DNA of 64,000 nt from an uncultured Prolixibacteraceae bacterium (GTDB taxonomy: Bacteria > Bacteroidota > Bacteroidia > Bacteroidales > Prolixibacteraceae). Within the stretch, counting starts at the first letter, position 1. Each line of letters starts with the position of its first letter. The notes under the pieces are model-generated. The model was not told the DNA's origin. It saw only the letters and a list, made by a program, of their open reading frames with translations, and made no database searches. The stretch is taken from positions 2,021,719-2,085,718 of the forward strand of contig OW818695.1 of the NCBI GenBank assembly GCA_942493345.1, given 5' to 3'. A program made the position numbers and the translations under genes. Of the stretch, positions 18,362 through 27,592 are shown one piece after another.

Positions 18362-19009
18362 ATGTCTCAATTTACGCATATTATTTTCGATCTCGACGGA
18401 ACGCTAACCGACAATACCCGGGGAATTGGCAAATCGCTGCAATACGCATTGCAGAAAATGAAGCTGGATGGTTATTCCGATGAACTTTTGAGAAATTTCA
18501 TTGGCCCGCCGTTGCAGCACGGATTTAAAACTCATTTTGGGCTGAACGAAAAAAATACAGCTCTGGCGGTCGATTATTTTCGCGAATATTACGGCGAAAA
18601 AGGTTGGTCCGACAATGTCCCTTATCCCGGAATTCGCGAGTTGCTCGAGGAACTTCATTTTGCAGGCAAGCAGGTTTTTGTAGCCACTTCGAAACTCGAA
18701 AAGTTTGCCCGGATGATTTTGCAGAAGTTCCAACTTGATAAATATCTTGTCGACCTGCAGGGAGCCGATTACGGGGGCAATCACTCGAAAGCCAGTCTGA
18801 TTCAGTTGCTGATGGACCGGAATCGCATTCAGCCGGGTAGCCGGGTTGCGATGATCGGCGATACGGTTTTCGACATGGAAGGAGCCCGGGAAACGCGAAT
18901 TGCGGCAATCGCGGTGGGGTATGGTTTCGGTAAAAAAGAAGATTTGCTGGCTGCAACCCCCGATTTTTATGCTGAAGACGTGGACGAATTGTACGAAATT
19001 TTAATCTGA
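18362..19009 (+). CDS. HAD-superfamily hydrolase (phosphoglycolate-phosphatase-like)
   Basis: 215 aa. Motif I is IIFDLDGTLTD; later motifs are VATSK and IGDTVFDMEGA. Confidence 0.85.
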   Translation: MSQFTHIIFDLDGTLTDNTRGIGKSLQYALQKMKLDGYSDELLRNFIGPPLQHGFKTHFGLNEKNTALAVDYFREYYGEKGWSDNVPYPGIRELLEELHFAGKQVFVATSKLEKFARMILQKFQLDKYLVDLQGADYGGNHSKASLIQLLMDRNRIQPGSRVAMIGDTVFDMEGARETRIAAIAVGYGFGKKEDLLAATPDFYAEDVDELYEILI

Positions 19010-19014
19010 ACACA

Positions 19015-19302
19015 ATGTACCAGGTAATTTGGGAATACAAAGCAAAACCGAAAACTGTTTCGAAATTTGAAGAATTCTATGGTCCGAAAGGAGAGAGAGT
19101 AAAACTTTTCAGCCAATCGAAAAGCTACCAGGGAACCGAACTTTTGTTGGACGATGAGGGCGATCTTTCGTACATCACCATCGATTTTTGGGACTCGGAA
19201 GAAGCCTATGATGATTTCATGAAAGCCAACAAAGAAAAATACGATCTTCTCGATCAGAAAGGAAATGTTTTTGTGAAAAGTAAAAAGCGGGTTTGGGCGT
19301 GA
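19015..19302 (+). CDS. Small ABM-like (antibiotic-biosynthesis-monooxygenase fold) protein
   Basis: 95-aa ORF starting 6 nt after the HAD gene. Its pattern (VIWEYKAK...ITIDFWDSEEAYDDF) resembles ABM/Dabb domains. This assignment is weak. Confidence 0.45.
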   Translation: MYQVIWEYKAKPKTVSKFEEFYGPKGERVKLFSQSKSYQGTELLLDDEGDLSYITIDFWDSEEAYDDFMKANKEKYDLLDQKGNVFVKSKKRVWA

Positions 19303-19432
19303 TCTCAGTTCAAAGAAATGGTTATTCAATCCGTTTTTTGCTGCATTAATTTCTTCAGAATACTGTTTTAGAAAAGAATTGGTTTTTGGTATTTCTGATT
19401 TCCGTATCTTCAGCTTGTTGTTTTAAAAACTG

Positions 19433-20395
19433 ATGGAAAGACAAAAAATCAACGATTGGGTGCTTATTCTAAACCCACATGCCGGAGCCGGGAAAGGGTC
19501 AAAAGATAAAGATAAAATAATCAGTTTGCTCGGAAAGAATGGTTTTGAAACTGAACTATTCATTTCAGAATACCCCAAACATATTATTTCCCTGACTGCC
19601 GGTTTAATTGCAAACGGACATCGAAAAATTATTATTGCGGGAGGCGATGGCAGCCTCAACGAGGTAGTGAATGGAATTTTCAGCCAGGCTGAAGTTTCTC
19701 CGGAAGAAATTATCGTGGGCATGATTCCCGTGGGAACTGGCAACGACTGGATCAAAACATTTGGCATTCCAAACGATTACAAAAAGGCGATCAAACGAAT
19801 CATAAAAGAGAAAACGATCCGGCAGGACGTTGGTAAAATCAGTTACGAAGAAAACGGGAAGCCGGCGGTCTGCTTTTTTGCAAACATGGCCGGGTTTGGC
19901 TTCGACGCGATGGTCGCGGAAAAGGCAAATGCCCTAAAAAACAAGGGACGAAGCGGGATTTTTGTCTATTTGCAAAGCCTGACAGCCAGTTTTATTCAAT
20001 TTCAGATTTCAAAAACCCGAATGCAAATCGATCAGGAAGAAATCAATGAATTGATTTTCTCAACCAGCATTGGAATCGGGAAATACAATGGCGGGGGCAT
20101 GATGCAGGCACCCGGGGCAATTCCTACCAACGGTGAATTTCAGGTCACTGTTATCCGCAAAATCGGGATTTGGGGTATTCTGCATAATATTGTTGGATTG
20201 TATGATGGAACTTTTATAAAAGACCGTCGCGTTTCAACTCATTCGGCAAAACATATAAAAATTAATTCGGGCTGCAGCATTGCCGGTGAAGCCGATGGTG
20301 AAATTTTGGGCAACCACAGTTTCGAAATTGAAATTATTCCGCAAAAGCTAAATGTGGTACGGGGTAAAAAACCGGAATTTACTTCTCCTCAATAA
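19433..20395 (+). CDS. Diacylglycerol-kinase-family lipid kinase (YegS/BmrU type)
   Basis: 320 aa with the motifs IIAGGDGSLNEVVNG and PVGTGNDW. Confidence 0.88.
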   Translation: MERQKINDWVLILNPHAGAGKGSKDKDKIISLLGKNGFETELFISEYPKHIISLTAGLIANGHRKIIIAGGDGSLNEVVNGIFSQAEVSPEEIIVGMIPVGTGNDWIKTFGIPNDYKKAIKRIIKEKTIRQDVGKISYEENGKPAVCFFANMAGFGFDAMVAEKANALKNKGRSGIFVYLQSLTASFIQFQISKTRMQIDQEEINELIFSTSIGIGKYNGGGMMQAPGAIPTNGEFQVTVIRKIGIWGILHNIVGLYDGTFIKDRRVSTHSAKHIKINSGCSIAGEADGEILGNHSFEIEIIPQKLNVVRGKKPEFTSPQ

Positions 20396-20454
20396 AAATC
20401 GCGGTTTTCATTTTTTTACTGAAGAGTTGTATCTTCATAATAAATTTTTGAAGA

Positions 20455-21363
20455 ATGCAGATTCCCCCATTTTTAAAATCAGGCGATCGTATTCGGGTTG
20501 TTTCCCCGGCCGGAAAAGTTTTGGCTGAAAAAGTAATGTCGGGTATCGAATTGCTTCGCGAACACGGTTTTGAAGTGTTGGTTGGCGAACATTTTTTTAC
20601 TGAAAATTTTCAATACGCGGGAACCGACCAACAACGGGCAGCCGATCTTCAACTTGCACTTGATGACCCGAAAACAAAAGCGATTCTCTGTGCACGCGGA
20701 GGCTACGGTTCTATTCGAATTCTGGAATATCTCAATTTTTCAGAAATAAAAAACAATCCGAAATGGCTGATCGGGTTTAGCGATATTACCGTTTTGCATT
20801 CGGTGTTTAATAAAATCGGGATTGCCTCTATTCACGGGCCAATGCCGGGATTTTTTGTGCAGGAAGGACAATCTTCGGGAAGTTTTTTGAAGTTGCTTGA
20901 TACAGTCACCGGCAAACCTTTGTTGTATAATTTTGTGGCTCACCCGCAAAACCGAAACGGTCAGGCTGTGGCTCAACTGGTTGGCGGAAACCTCTCCCTG
21001 TTATATAGTTTGAACGGAACTCCATACGATTTGGAACCCAACGACAAAATTTTGTTTATTGAAGATATTTCGGAATACCTGTATCATATCGACCGGATGA
21101 TGATGAACCTTCGGCTTTCAGGAAAACTGGAAAAGCTGGCCGGGTTGGTTGTTGGACGTTTTACCGAAATAAAAGACAGCGAAAACCCTTTTGGAAAATC
21201 AGTCCCGGAAATAATTATGGATGCGGTAAAAGATTATGATTTTCCGGTTTGTTTCGATTTTCCGGCCGGACATGTCAGTGGAAATATGCCGCTCGTATTG
21301 GGGGCAAATTATTTGCTTTCTGTCGATTCTTCCTGTAAACTCGAAATGCAAAACAATGGCTGA
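20455..21363 (+). CDS. LD-carboxypeptidase (peptidase S66)
   Basis: 302 aa with the catalytic Ser motif GFSDITVLH. The N-terminus (GDRIRVVSPAG) is typical of S66 peptidases. Confidence 0.85.
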   Translation: MQIPPFLKSGDRIRVVSPAGKVLAEKVMSGIELLREHGFEVLVGEHFFTENFQYAGTDQQRAADLQLALDDPKTKAILCARGGYGSIRILEYLNFSEIKNNPKWLIGFSDITVLHSVFNKIGIASIHGPMPGFFVQEGQSSGSFLKLLDTVTGKPLLYNFVAHPQNRNGQAVAQLVGGNLSLLYSLNGTPYDLEPNDKILFIEDISEYLYHIDRMMMNLRLSGKLEKLAGLVVGRFTEIKDSENPFGKSVPEIIMDAVKDYDFPVCFDFPAGHVSGNMPLVLGANYLLSVDSSCKLEMQNNG

Positions 21364-21724
21364 AAAACACGATTTAGGAAGGAAGGGCGAGGAATTGGCA
21401 ATAGCCCACTTGCGATCGTTGGGGTACGAAATCAGGGATGTCAACTGGCATTTTCTTCACCTTGAATTGGATATTGTTGCCCTCGATGGCGACGAACTGG
21501 TCATTGTGGAAGTAAAATCGAGGGGAAGTAATTCGTATGAACACCCGCTGGAAGCTATGTCGAACAAGAAAATCCGGTTTCTGGTGAACGCAGCCGATGC
21601 GTATATAACAGAACATAATATTGATCTGGAAACTCGTTTTGATGTAGTGTCAGTGATATTTTTCAGTAAAACCAATTTTAAATTGGAGCATTTCAAAAAT
21701 GCCTTTTATCCGACAATCAGCTAG
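21356..21724 (+). CDS. YraN-family (UPF0102) endonuclease-like protein
   Basis: MAEKHDLGRKGEELAIAHLRSLGYEIRDVNW...LDIVALDGDELVIVEVKSR. I place the start at the internal ATG 21356. The longer ORF from 21236 would overlap the preceding gene. Confidence 0.8.
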   Translation: MAEKHDLGRKGEELAIAHLRSLGYEIRDVNWHFLHLELDIVALDGDELVIVEVKSRGSNSYEHPLEAMSNKKIRFLVNAADAYITEHNIDLETRFDVVSVIFFSKTNFKLEHFKNAFYPTIS

Positions 21725-22112
21725 TCATGAAAATTTCTTCAATTCTTTCCATTAGAATTTCAATCTGAATCGGCTTTAAAAAATAGTCGGCACACCCTGC
21801 TTCTATTGCTTTTTGCCGTTCGTTATTAAAAGCATATGCGGTTTGTGCAATGATCGGTAAATCAGGCCTGAGTTTCTTTATTTGTCGGCTTGCTTCCAGT
21901 CCATCCATCTTCGGCAATTTAAGATCCATCAGCACTAAATCAATTTCCGGATGTTCTATAATCGTAGCGACAGCTTCTTCTCCATTGTGGGCCATAAGTA
22001 ACAACGATTCGGTGTTGCGTAGAGCAGACTGAAAAAATAAACAGCAAATTGGTTCATCTTCGACAAGGAGAATGACTTTATCTGCCCATTCATATGTAAA
22101 GCTGTCGTCCAT
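21717..22112 (-). CDS. Stand-alone response-regulator receiver domain (CheY-like)
   Basis: VILLVEDEP...DLVLMDLKLPKMDG...AQTAYAF...KP with no output domain. The probable start is MDDSFTYEW at 22112. Its 3' end overlaps the convergent YraN gene by 8 bp. Confidence 0.8.
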   Translation of the reverse strand: MDDSFTYEWADKVILLVEDEPICCLFFQSALRNTESLLLMAHNGEEAVATIIEHPEIDLVLMDLKLPKMDGLEASRQIKKLRPDLPIIAQTAYAFNNERQKAIEAGCADYFLKPIQIEILMERIEEIFMTS

Positions 22113-22559
22113 TATTATCGTAATTAAGCAAGCAAATTTAACTAAAAAAATTACTTTCGCATTACACTGCAATAGACTTTGATAAGATTTCGTAAAAATA
22201 TGTTGTAAAAGATATGTATTTCAAATTATAATCTATGACGTCGCCAGAGTGGAAAACTAAACTATTTTTCAGACAAAAAAAGAAGAACTAATAGCTATTG
22301 GGGTCGCTTTCTTTCAATTTTTTTACACTGTTTTTCCTTCAAAAATAACCTGATTTTTTTCAGTTTTTCAAATCCCGGAATAGACTTCATTTACCAGCAA
22401 AATAGAACGACAACACTTTACTAATTTTATGAGCTTGTATCGGAAACGAGCAAGTAATATTTCTAGACTAAATAGGTTAAGGCAGGCTATGAAAACCGTT
22501 CTGAAAAAGGACGGTTTTTTCATTTATCTTTACTCCCTGGAAACGGATGAAATCCAAAA

Positions 22560-23861
22560 GTGAAAAAAGTACTAATTATTACATATTACTGGCCTCCTTC
22601 CGGCGGAGCGGGAGTTCAGCGTTGGCTGAAGTTTGTAAAATATTTACCAGCTTTTGGGGTTCAGCCTGTTGTATTGACTGTTGATCCGGCTTATGCCAGC
22701 TATGCACAAACCGATGAAAGCCTGCAGAAAGAAGTGGCTCCTGAAGTGGAAGTGTACCGTACCCGAAGCTTTGAGTTGTACCAGCTTTACAGCCGCTTAT
22801 CGAAAAAAAAAGAGATCCCGTATGGAGGTTTTGCAAATGAAACACAGGCTTCGCTTTTTCAGAAAATAAGCCGGTTTGTGCGGGGCAATTTTTTACTGCC
22901 CGACCCACGAAAAGGATGGAACAAATTTGCCTACCGGAAAGCCATTGAATTGATCGCAGTCCATCAAATTGACACGGTTATTACAACCGGGCCGCCGCAT
23001 TCGACCCATCTGCTTGGTCTGAAACTTCAAAAGAAAACCGGTATCCGGTGGATTGCCGATTTGCGCGATCCCTGGACCGATATTTATTACTACAATCAGT
23101 TTTACCATACGGCTTTTGCCCGTCAGATCGATCGCCGGATGGAACGGCAGGTACTCGAAAAAGCCAATCACCTGATTACGGTGAGCAAAGATGTGATGCG
23201 CCTTTTTAGCCAAAAAACGGCCACTGATATCAGCCTGAAAACAAACATCCTTCCTAATGGTTTCGATGAGGATGATTTTGTCGGAAGGACGTTCAAGCCG
23301 GAAGAAAAATTTACGATCACCTATACGGGGACTATTTCTGAAACATACGATATTTCGAGCTTTACAGGCGCATTGGAAAAACTTGATAAATCAATTCTCA
23401 GCAAAATAAAAATTCGGTTTGTGGGGAAAGTACCGTCAGTGATTTCAACCCGCATAAAAAATAAATTTCCGGAGATGGAAGTGGAACTGGTTGGTTATGT
23501 CGATCATCTGAAGTCGGTTGATTATTTACTTCGCTCATCGCTTTTACTGCTTGTTATTCCGAAGGTTGAAAACAACGACGGAATACTCACCGGCAAATTT
23601 TTCGAGTACATGGCTTCGCGCAAACCGGTATTGGCCATCGGCCCGGTCAAAGGCGATCTGTCCGAAATCATCCGGGAAACCGGCAGTGGGCAAATCTTCG
23701 ACTATTCTGACGAGGAAGGAATCGGTAAGTTTATCAATGCTGCGTTTAATTCGGAACTGGAATCCGAAGCTAAAAATATTACGGATTACTCGCGAAAAGA
23801 CCTGACCGAAAAACTAAGTCGAATTATTATTTCAGCCGAAAACAAAACTAATTTTAGATAA
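22560..23861 (+). CDS. GT-B fold glycosyltransferase (GT4-like)
   Basis: 433-aa ORF with a GTG start. The N-terminus KKVLIITYYWPPSGGAGVQRWLKF is typical of this glycosyltransferase group. Confidence 0.75.
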   Translation: MKKVLIITYYWPPSGGAGVQRWLKFVKYLPAFGVQPVVLTVDPAYASYAQTDESLQKEVAPEVEVYRTRSFELYQLYSRLSKKKEIPYGGFANETQASLFQKISRFVRGNFLLPDPRKGWNKFAYRKAIELIAVHQIDTVITTGPPHSTHLLGLKLQKKTGIRWIADLRDPWTDIYYYNQFYHTAFARQIDRRMERQVLEKANHLITVSKDVMRLFSQKTATDISLKTNILPNGFDEDDFVGRTFKPEEKFTITYTGTISETYDISSFTGALEKLDKSILSKIKIRFVGKVPSVISTRIKNKFPEMEVELVGYVDHLKSVDYLLRSSLLLLVIPKVENNDGILTGKFFEYMASRKPVLAIGPVKGDLSEIIRETGSGQIFDYSDEEGIGKFINAAFNSELESEAKNITDYSRKDLTEKLSRIIISAENKTNFR

Positions 23862-23866
23862 AAAAA

Positions 23867-23901
23867 AGGAAATAGCCCGGAATCTTCCGTGACTATTTCC
23901 T
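23867..23901. terminator. Bidirectional stem-loop between convergent genes
   Basis: AGGAAATAG ... CTATTTCCT, a 9-bp perfect stem with an A-run upstream. It lies between the stops at 23861 (plus strand) and 23943 (minus strand). Confidence 0.5.
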
Positions 23902-23942
23902 TTGTGAAATTTCGTCATTAGAAATCTTTTTTCATATCAATA

Positions 23943-25322
23943 TCAAGGGCGCAGGTAGGCCCCTTTTGACAACAGTTCTTCGCGTAACTTTTCAACATTT
24001 ATTTTGGATGGGGCTATTCCGTCACGAACGGCCATTTTTGCTGCACGACCGGCTGCTTCGCCCATGGCCATGCAAGGAGCCATTACCCGTATTGCCGACA
24101 TTGCTTCATGTGTGGTTGATATGCTCCGTCCGGCAACCAGAAGATTTTCCACTTTTAGTGGAACCAGCGAACGATATGGTATATCGTAGCAGTCGCCACT
24201 CCATTCCAAGGTACATCCGCCGCCGTTCGGGTGATGCAAGTCGATCGGGTAGCTGGCAACTGCAATTGCGTCGTCGAATCTGCGGCAGCTTAAAATATCG
24301 TCGCGGGTCATTTCGTATTGACCGGAAATTCGTCTTGTTTCGCGAATACCGAGGAAGGGAGCCATCCGTGCAAAATGAGCTTTTTCAAAACCAGGCACAT
24401 AACCGATAAGGTATTTGATAATTACATCAACTTGTTTCCGGGCTTCGTATTCGCCATTGGTCAAACTAACGGGGTCTGTTCCATCAACTCCGCTGACGCG
24501 GCTCATGTTGATCCATGCTTCATCTTTTCTTACGCCTGTGATGATGATGGTGCGGTCTACTGTCAGTTTCAAGCCGTCGGCTTTGGCTTTTTGCATGATA
24601 TCTCTCAAACCAACCAATATAAAACGCGGGTTCTTCGCGTAATATTCGGCAGGAATGAAATCAGCAAAATAGGTTTCTGATTTTTCTGCCAGGCTTAGAC
24701 GAAGTTTTTCAATATCAACATTTCCCATGCTGAACATCAATGTTGGAGGTTGTACCCCGCCATTTTCATCGCCTTGCCCGCATGGAACGCCGGAACGCAA
24801 CGCAACGTCGGCGTCGCCGGTACAATCGATGATCACCTTGGCAAGGATCACTTCACGACCAGCTTTACTTTCAATGATAATTCCCTGTAACTGGTTCCCG
24901 TCCATAACGACTCCGGAACAGAATGTATAAAGCAATACCTCTACACCATTTTCTTTGAGAACCTCGAATGCAACCATTTTCACATCTTCCGGCTCGATGT
25001 ACGTGATGCTCATGTGAAGAGGGCATGGATGGTGTTTACTTGCACCTCCCCGTGCTTCCAACCGATCGATAAATTTCTGAGGAAGTCCCGCGATGATTTG
25101 GTTTCCTTTTTGTCCCAGAAAATCCAGGATTGGTAATCCGATGGTCAGGTTTCCACCTAAAAAGCTCCGGCTTTCTATCAGGGCAACGTTTAATCCATCT
25201 TCGGCCGCCGCCTGTGCTGCAATGATTCCCGATGGGCCTCCTCCTACCACCAGGACATCAACATTCATTCGTACCGGCAATCTTTTCTCCGGTTCAACGA
25301 TACTCATTATCTCTTTTCCCAT
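23943..25322 (-). CDS. FAD-dependent oxidoreductase
   Basis: 459 aa with an N-terminal dinucleotide-binding motif (DVLVVGGGPSGIIAAQAAAEDG). Confidence 0.85.
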   Translation of the reverse strand: MGKEIMSIVEPEKRLPVRMNVDVLVVGGGPSGIIAAQAAAEDGLNVALIESRSFLGGNLTIGLPILDFLGQKGNQIIAGLPQKFIDRLEARGGASKHHPCPLHMSITYIEPEDVKMVAFEVLKENGVEVLLYTFCSGVVMDGNQLQGIIIESKAGREVILAKVIIDCTGDADVALRSGVPCGQGDENGGVQPPTLMFSMGNVDIEKLRLSLAEKSETYFADFIPAEYYAKNPRFILVGLRDIMQKAKADGLKLTVDRTIIITGVRKDEAWINMSRVSGVDGTDPVSLTNGEYEARKQVDVIIKYLIGYVPGFEKAHFARMAPFLGIRETRRISGQYEMTRDDILSCRRFDDAIAVASYPIDLHHPNGGGCTLEWSGDCYDIPYRSLVPLKVENLLVAGRSISTTHEAMSAIRVMAPCMAMGEAAGRAAKMAVRDGIAPSKINVEKLREELLSKGAYLRP

Positions 25323-25487
25323 TTTCCTGTTTTTTTGTATCTGTCAAAACTAATTTTTTATACCTGTTATATCAACAGTTAAATAACACATATTGTCACT
25401 CCACGAAAGCGAAGAATCTTCGGTTCAACTCTAATTTACAACAGATTTTTCACTCCGTTCAGCATGACAAAACAATGTTGAGACACA

Positions 25488-26600
25488 CTACCAAAGTTTC
25501 ACTACCAACTGTTTATCTTGTCGGATCAGGCAATTGGTAAATGTTACGTTTGTTCCTGAAGGGATACTGACTTTTAATACTTTATTTGCGTACAAAGGAA
25601 TAGAATACACATAATTCAAAAACCTGATTTGGTATGTGATATCCGATTTATTGCAAATTTCTATTATTCCTTTTTCGCGGTTAACTATTTTTACTGAAAT
25701 TGACTTTTGGACAATTTCCTTGAGGTATTCTTCTTTTCCTGCCAGGCTATTCTCAAAATAGGCTACCGTTCTTCCTTCAAGAAGCGCCTCCTTGATGCCA
25801 TCGACAGAATGCTCTTTAACGAAAACCAATGTCATCGGGCGTTGAAGTTTTTCGCGGTAGGAATTCGCGCTGGCATAATGAAGGTCGGTATTGGCAAAAT
25901 AAGCAATTCCATATTCGTTGCACCAATCCAAAACCTTGGGATATAATTCAGACCCGTTGAATACCTCTACTCCACGTATTTTCTTTTGCGCGATCAGCTC
26001 TTTATGAATGGGGTACATCGTGCTGGTATCATTCGGCCATCCCGGATGGTTCCATACAAGATATGCCCCCTGGCTGACAGCTTCATTCACAGCGTCAAGT
26101 TCGTCGGGAACATTCAATTTATTTACATCCTGAATAAAAAGTGCATTGATGTGACCAAGCGGTTTCTTTCGAGTTATTTCGGCGCCCCGGACAACAAGCA
26201 TTCCCATTTCATTGCCCATTTCCTGTGCCATTTTTCCCGATTTGTTTAAATCAACGCGAACGATATCTTTGTATCTCTGGTTCTCAATGTGATCGGTAAT
26301 CGCGATGGCATCCAGCCCATCGGTCCACGCTTCGATTACCCGCATGGTTGGCAAAACCTGCCCATCGGAAAAGATTGTATGCATGTGAAAATCACATTTC
26401 AGCATTTCGTAGCCATCAATACTCGGAATGTTAATGTTGTACCGGTAGCTCATTAATTTCATCTGTTTCAGTCCCGGGTATTCATGAACATCCGCATTTT
26501 GGGTTTGGGCGCCTGCCTGCCAGAATATGCCTGAGAAGAAAACCGCGATCAGAACAGAGTGCATTTTTCTATGTCTCATATACTTAAAGTTTAAGGTCAT
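25488..26600 (-). CDS. Secreted PHP-domain phosphoesterase/phosphodiesterase
   Basis: 370 aa with a signal peptide. PHP metal-binding motifs are present (CDFHMHTIFSDGQ, AITDH, and later NTDLH). Confidence 0.8.
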   Translation of the reverse strand: MTLNFKYMRHRKMHSVLIAVFFSGIFWQAGAQTQNADVHEYPGLKQMKLMSYRYNINIPSIDGYEMLKCDFHMHTIFSDGQVLPTMRVIEAWTDGLDAIAITDHIENQRYKDIVRVDLNKSGKMAQEMGNEMGMLVVRGAEITRKKPLGHINALFIQDVNKLNVPDELDAVNEAVSQGAYLVWNHPGWPNDTSTMYPIHKELIAQKKIRGVEVFNGSELYPKVLDWCNEYGIAYFANTDLHYASANSYREKLQRPMTLVFVKEHSVDGIKEALLEGRTVAYFENSLAGKEEYLKEIVQKSISVKIVNREKGIIEICNKSDITYQIRFLNYVYSIPLYANKVLKVSIPSGTNVTFTNCLIRQDKQLVVKLW

Positions 26601-26615
26601 ATCTTTAATCTAAAA

Positions 26616-27566
26616 TCATTTTACTGGTATTACTAATTCGTTTTCGGTTTTTCCCGGAAAGGAAACCATAATCTGATTTTCCAGAAGCTTTATTTTTCGC
26701 CAGTTATTTGTACTTTGGGCCAGCGCACCCGTTTGAACCTGTACCATTTTTTTGTCTCCTTCGGAAGGGAAACTAGTAATCGTATTTTTATGGTTGTGTC
26801 CGGCAAAAATCAATTTGGCCGACGGATTCTTTGCCAGAGCAGAATAAAGTTCGTTGGAAGATCCTGGTTGAAGAACTTCCTCTGTTAAGGGAAGGTGCAT
26901 AAAAATAATTTCAATATCGTTTTCCGATTCATGTAATTGAGCATTCAACCAGTATAACTGGGGCTTGTCGATATATGGAATTTCGGTTGTATCGTCCGGA
27001 AGAAGTTGATAGAAACTATCGTCCAGAAAAATGAACCGGTAAGTTGTTTGGCCAACTTGAAACAACTGACTATAATAGGTCCCGTTTTTGAAGCAGGATA
27101 CGTTTTTTATCCAGGCAGCTCGTGCACGTCCGGAAAAATTCTGAGTATGTTTCAATTTGTTATTCTGCCAGTTGAACGAGAAAAGATCATGATTTCCGAG
27201 CGTAAGCAATACCGGAACCTGATAATTGCTGATGAGGTTGGAAAACTGTTCAGACTGGATATCCAGCATTTTTCCGTCCATTAACTCGGCCTCGAAGAAG
27301 TCGACCAGATCGCCGGTGGCAACCACCATGTTGCTGTTGGTTTTTTCGGGCATGGTTTGTAAAAATTGCCTCAACGAAATTTCGTCCGGCCTGTAATGGT
27401 TTCGGCTTTGTGCTAAATCATACTGGTAAATGTCCTGATGGAAAATTACATGCAAATCGGTGATATGCAGAAACGACAAAGTATCTGTCTGAGCCAAAAC
27501 GGTTCCGTTGATCAACAAAAAAAAGAAAAATGTCAATCGTTTTAATTTGAATTGCAATTTGTTCAT
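26616..27566 (-). CDS. Secreted metallophosphoesterase
   Basis: 316 aa with a signal peptide. Motifs present: ITDLHV, TGDLVD, LGNHDLF, FMHLPL, AGHNHKN. Confidence 0.85.
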   Translation of the reverse strand: MNKLQFKLKRLTFFFFLLINGTVLAQTDTLSFLHITDLHVIFHQDIYQYDLAQSRNHYRPDEISLRQFLQTMPEKTNSNMVVATGDLVDFFEAELMDGKMLDIQSEQFSNLISNYQVPVLLTLGNHDLFSFNWQNNKLKHTQNFSGRARAAWIKNVSCFKNGTYYSQLFQVGQTTYRFIFLDDSFYQLLPDDTTEIPYIDKPQLYWLNAQLHESENDIEIIFMHLPLTEEVLQPGSSNELYSALAKNPSAKLIFAGHNHKNTITSFPSEGDKKMVQVQTGALAQSTNNWRKIKLLENQIMVSFPGKTENELVIPVK

Positions 27567-27592
27567 GTCTGTTTTTTCTATTTAAATTTTTT

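Noticed and set aside
18525-19040. 171-aa minus-strand ORF (also 18404-18784)
   Set aside because: It is antisense to the HAD hydrolase gene, which has clear HAD motifs. The translation is Arg/Pro-rich and looks non-protein-like.
21236-21355. N-terminal extension of the YraN ORF
   Set aside because: It overlaps the end of the LD-carboxypeptidase gene. YraN-family proteins are about 120 aa and begin near the MAEKHDLGRKGEE sequence.
21717-21724. 8-bp overlap of convergent YraN and response-regulator stop regions as a possible regulatory feature
   Set aside because: Short 3'-3' overlaps are common in compact genomes, and nothing else in the sequence points to antisense control.
25232-25540. 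102-aa plus-strand ORF spanning the FAD-oxidoreductase start, the spacer and the PHP gene end
   Set aside because: It crosses two well-supported minus-strand genes and a repeat-like spacer, so no independent coding support exists.
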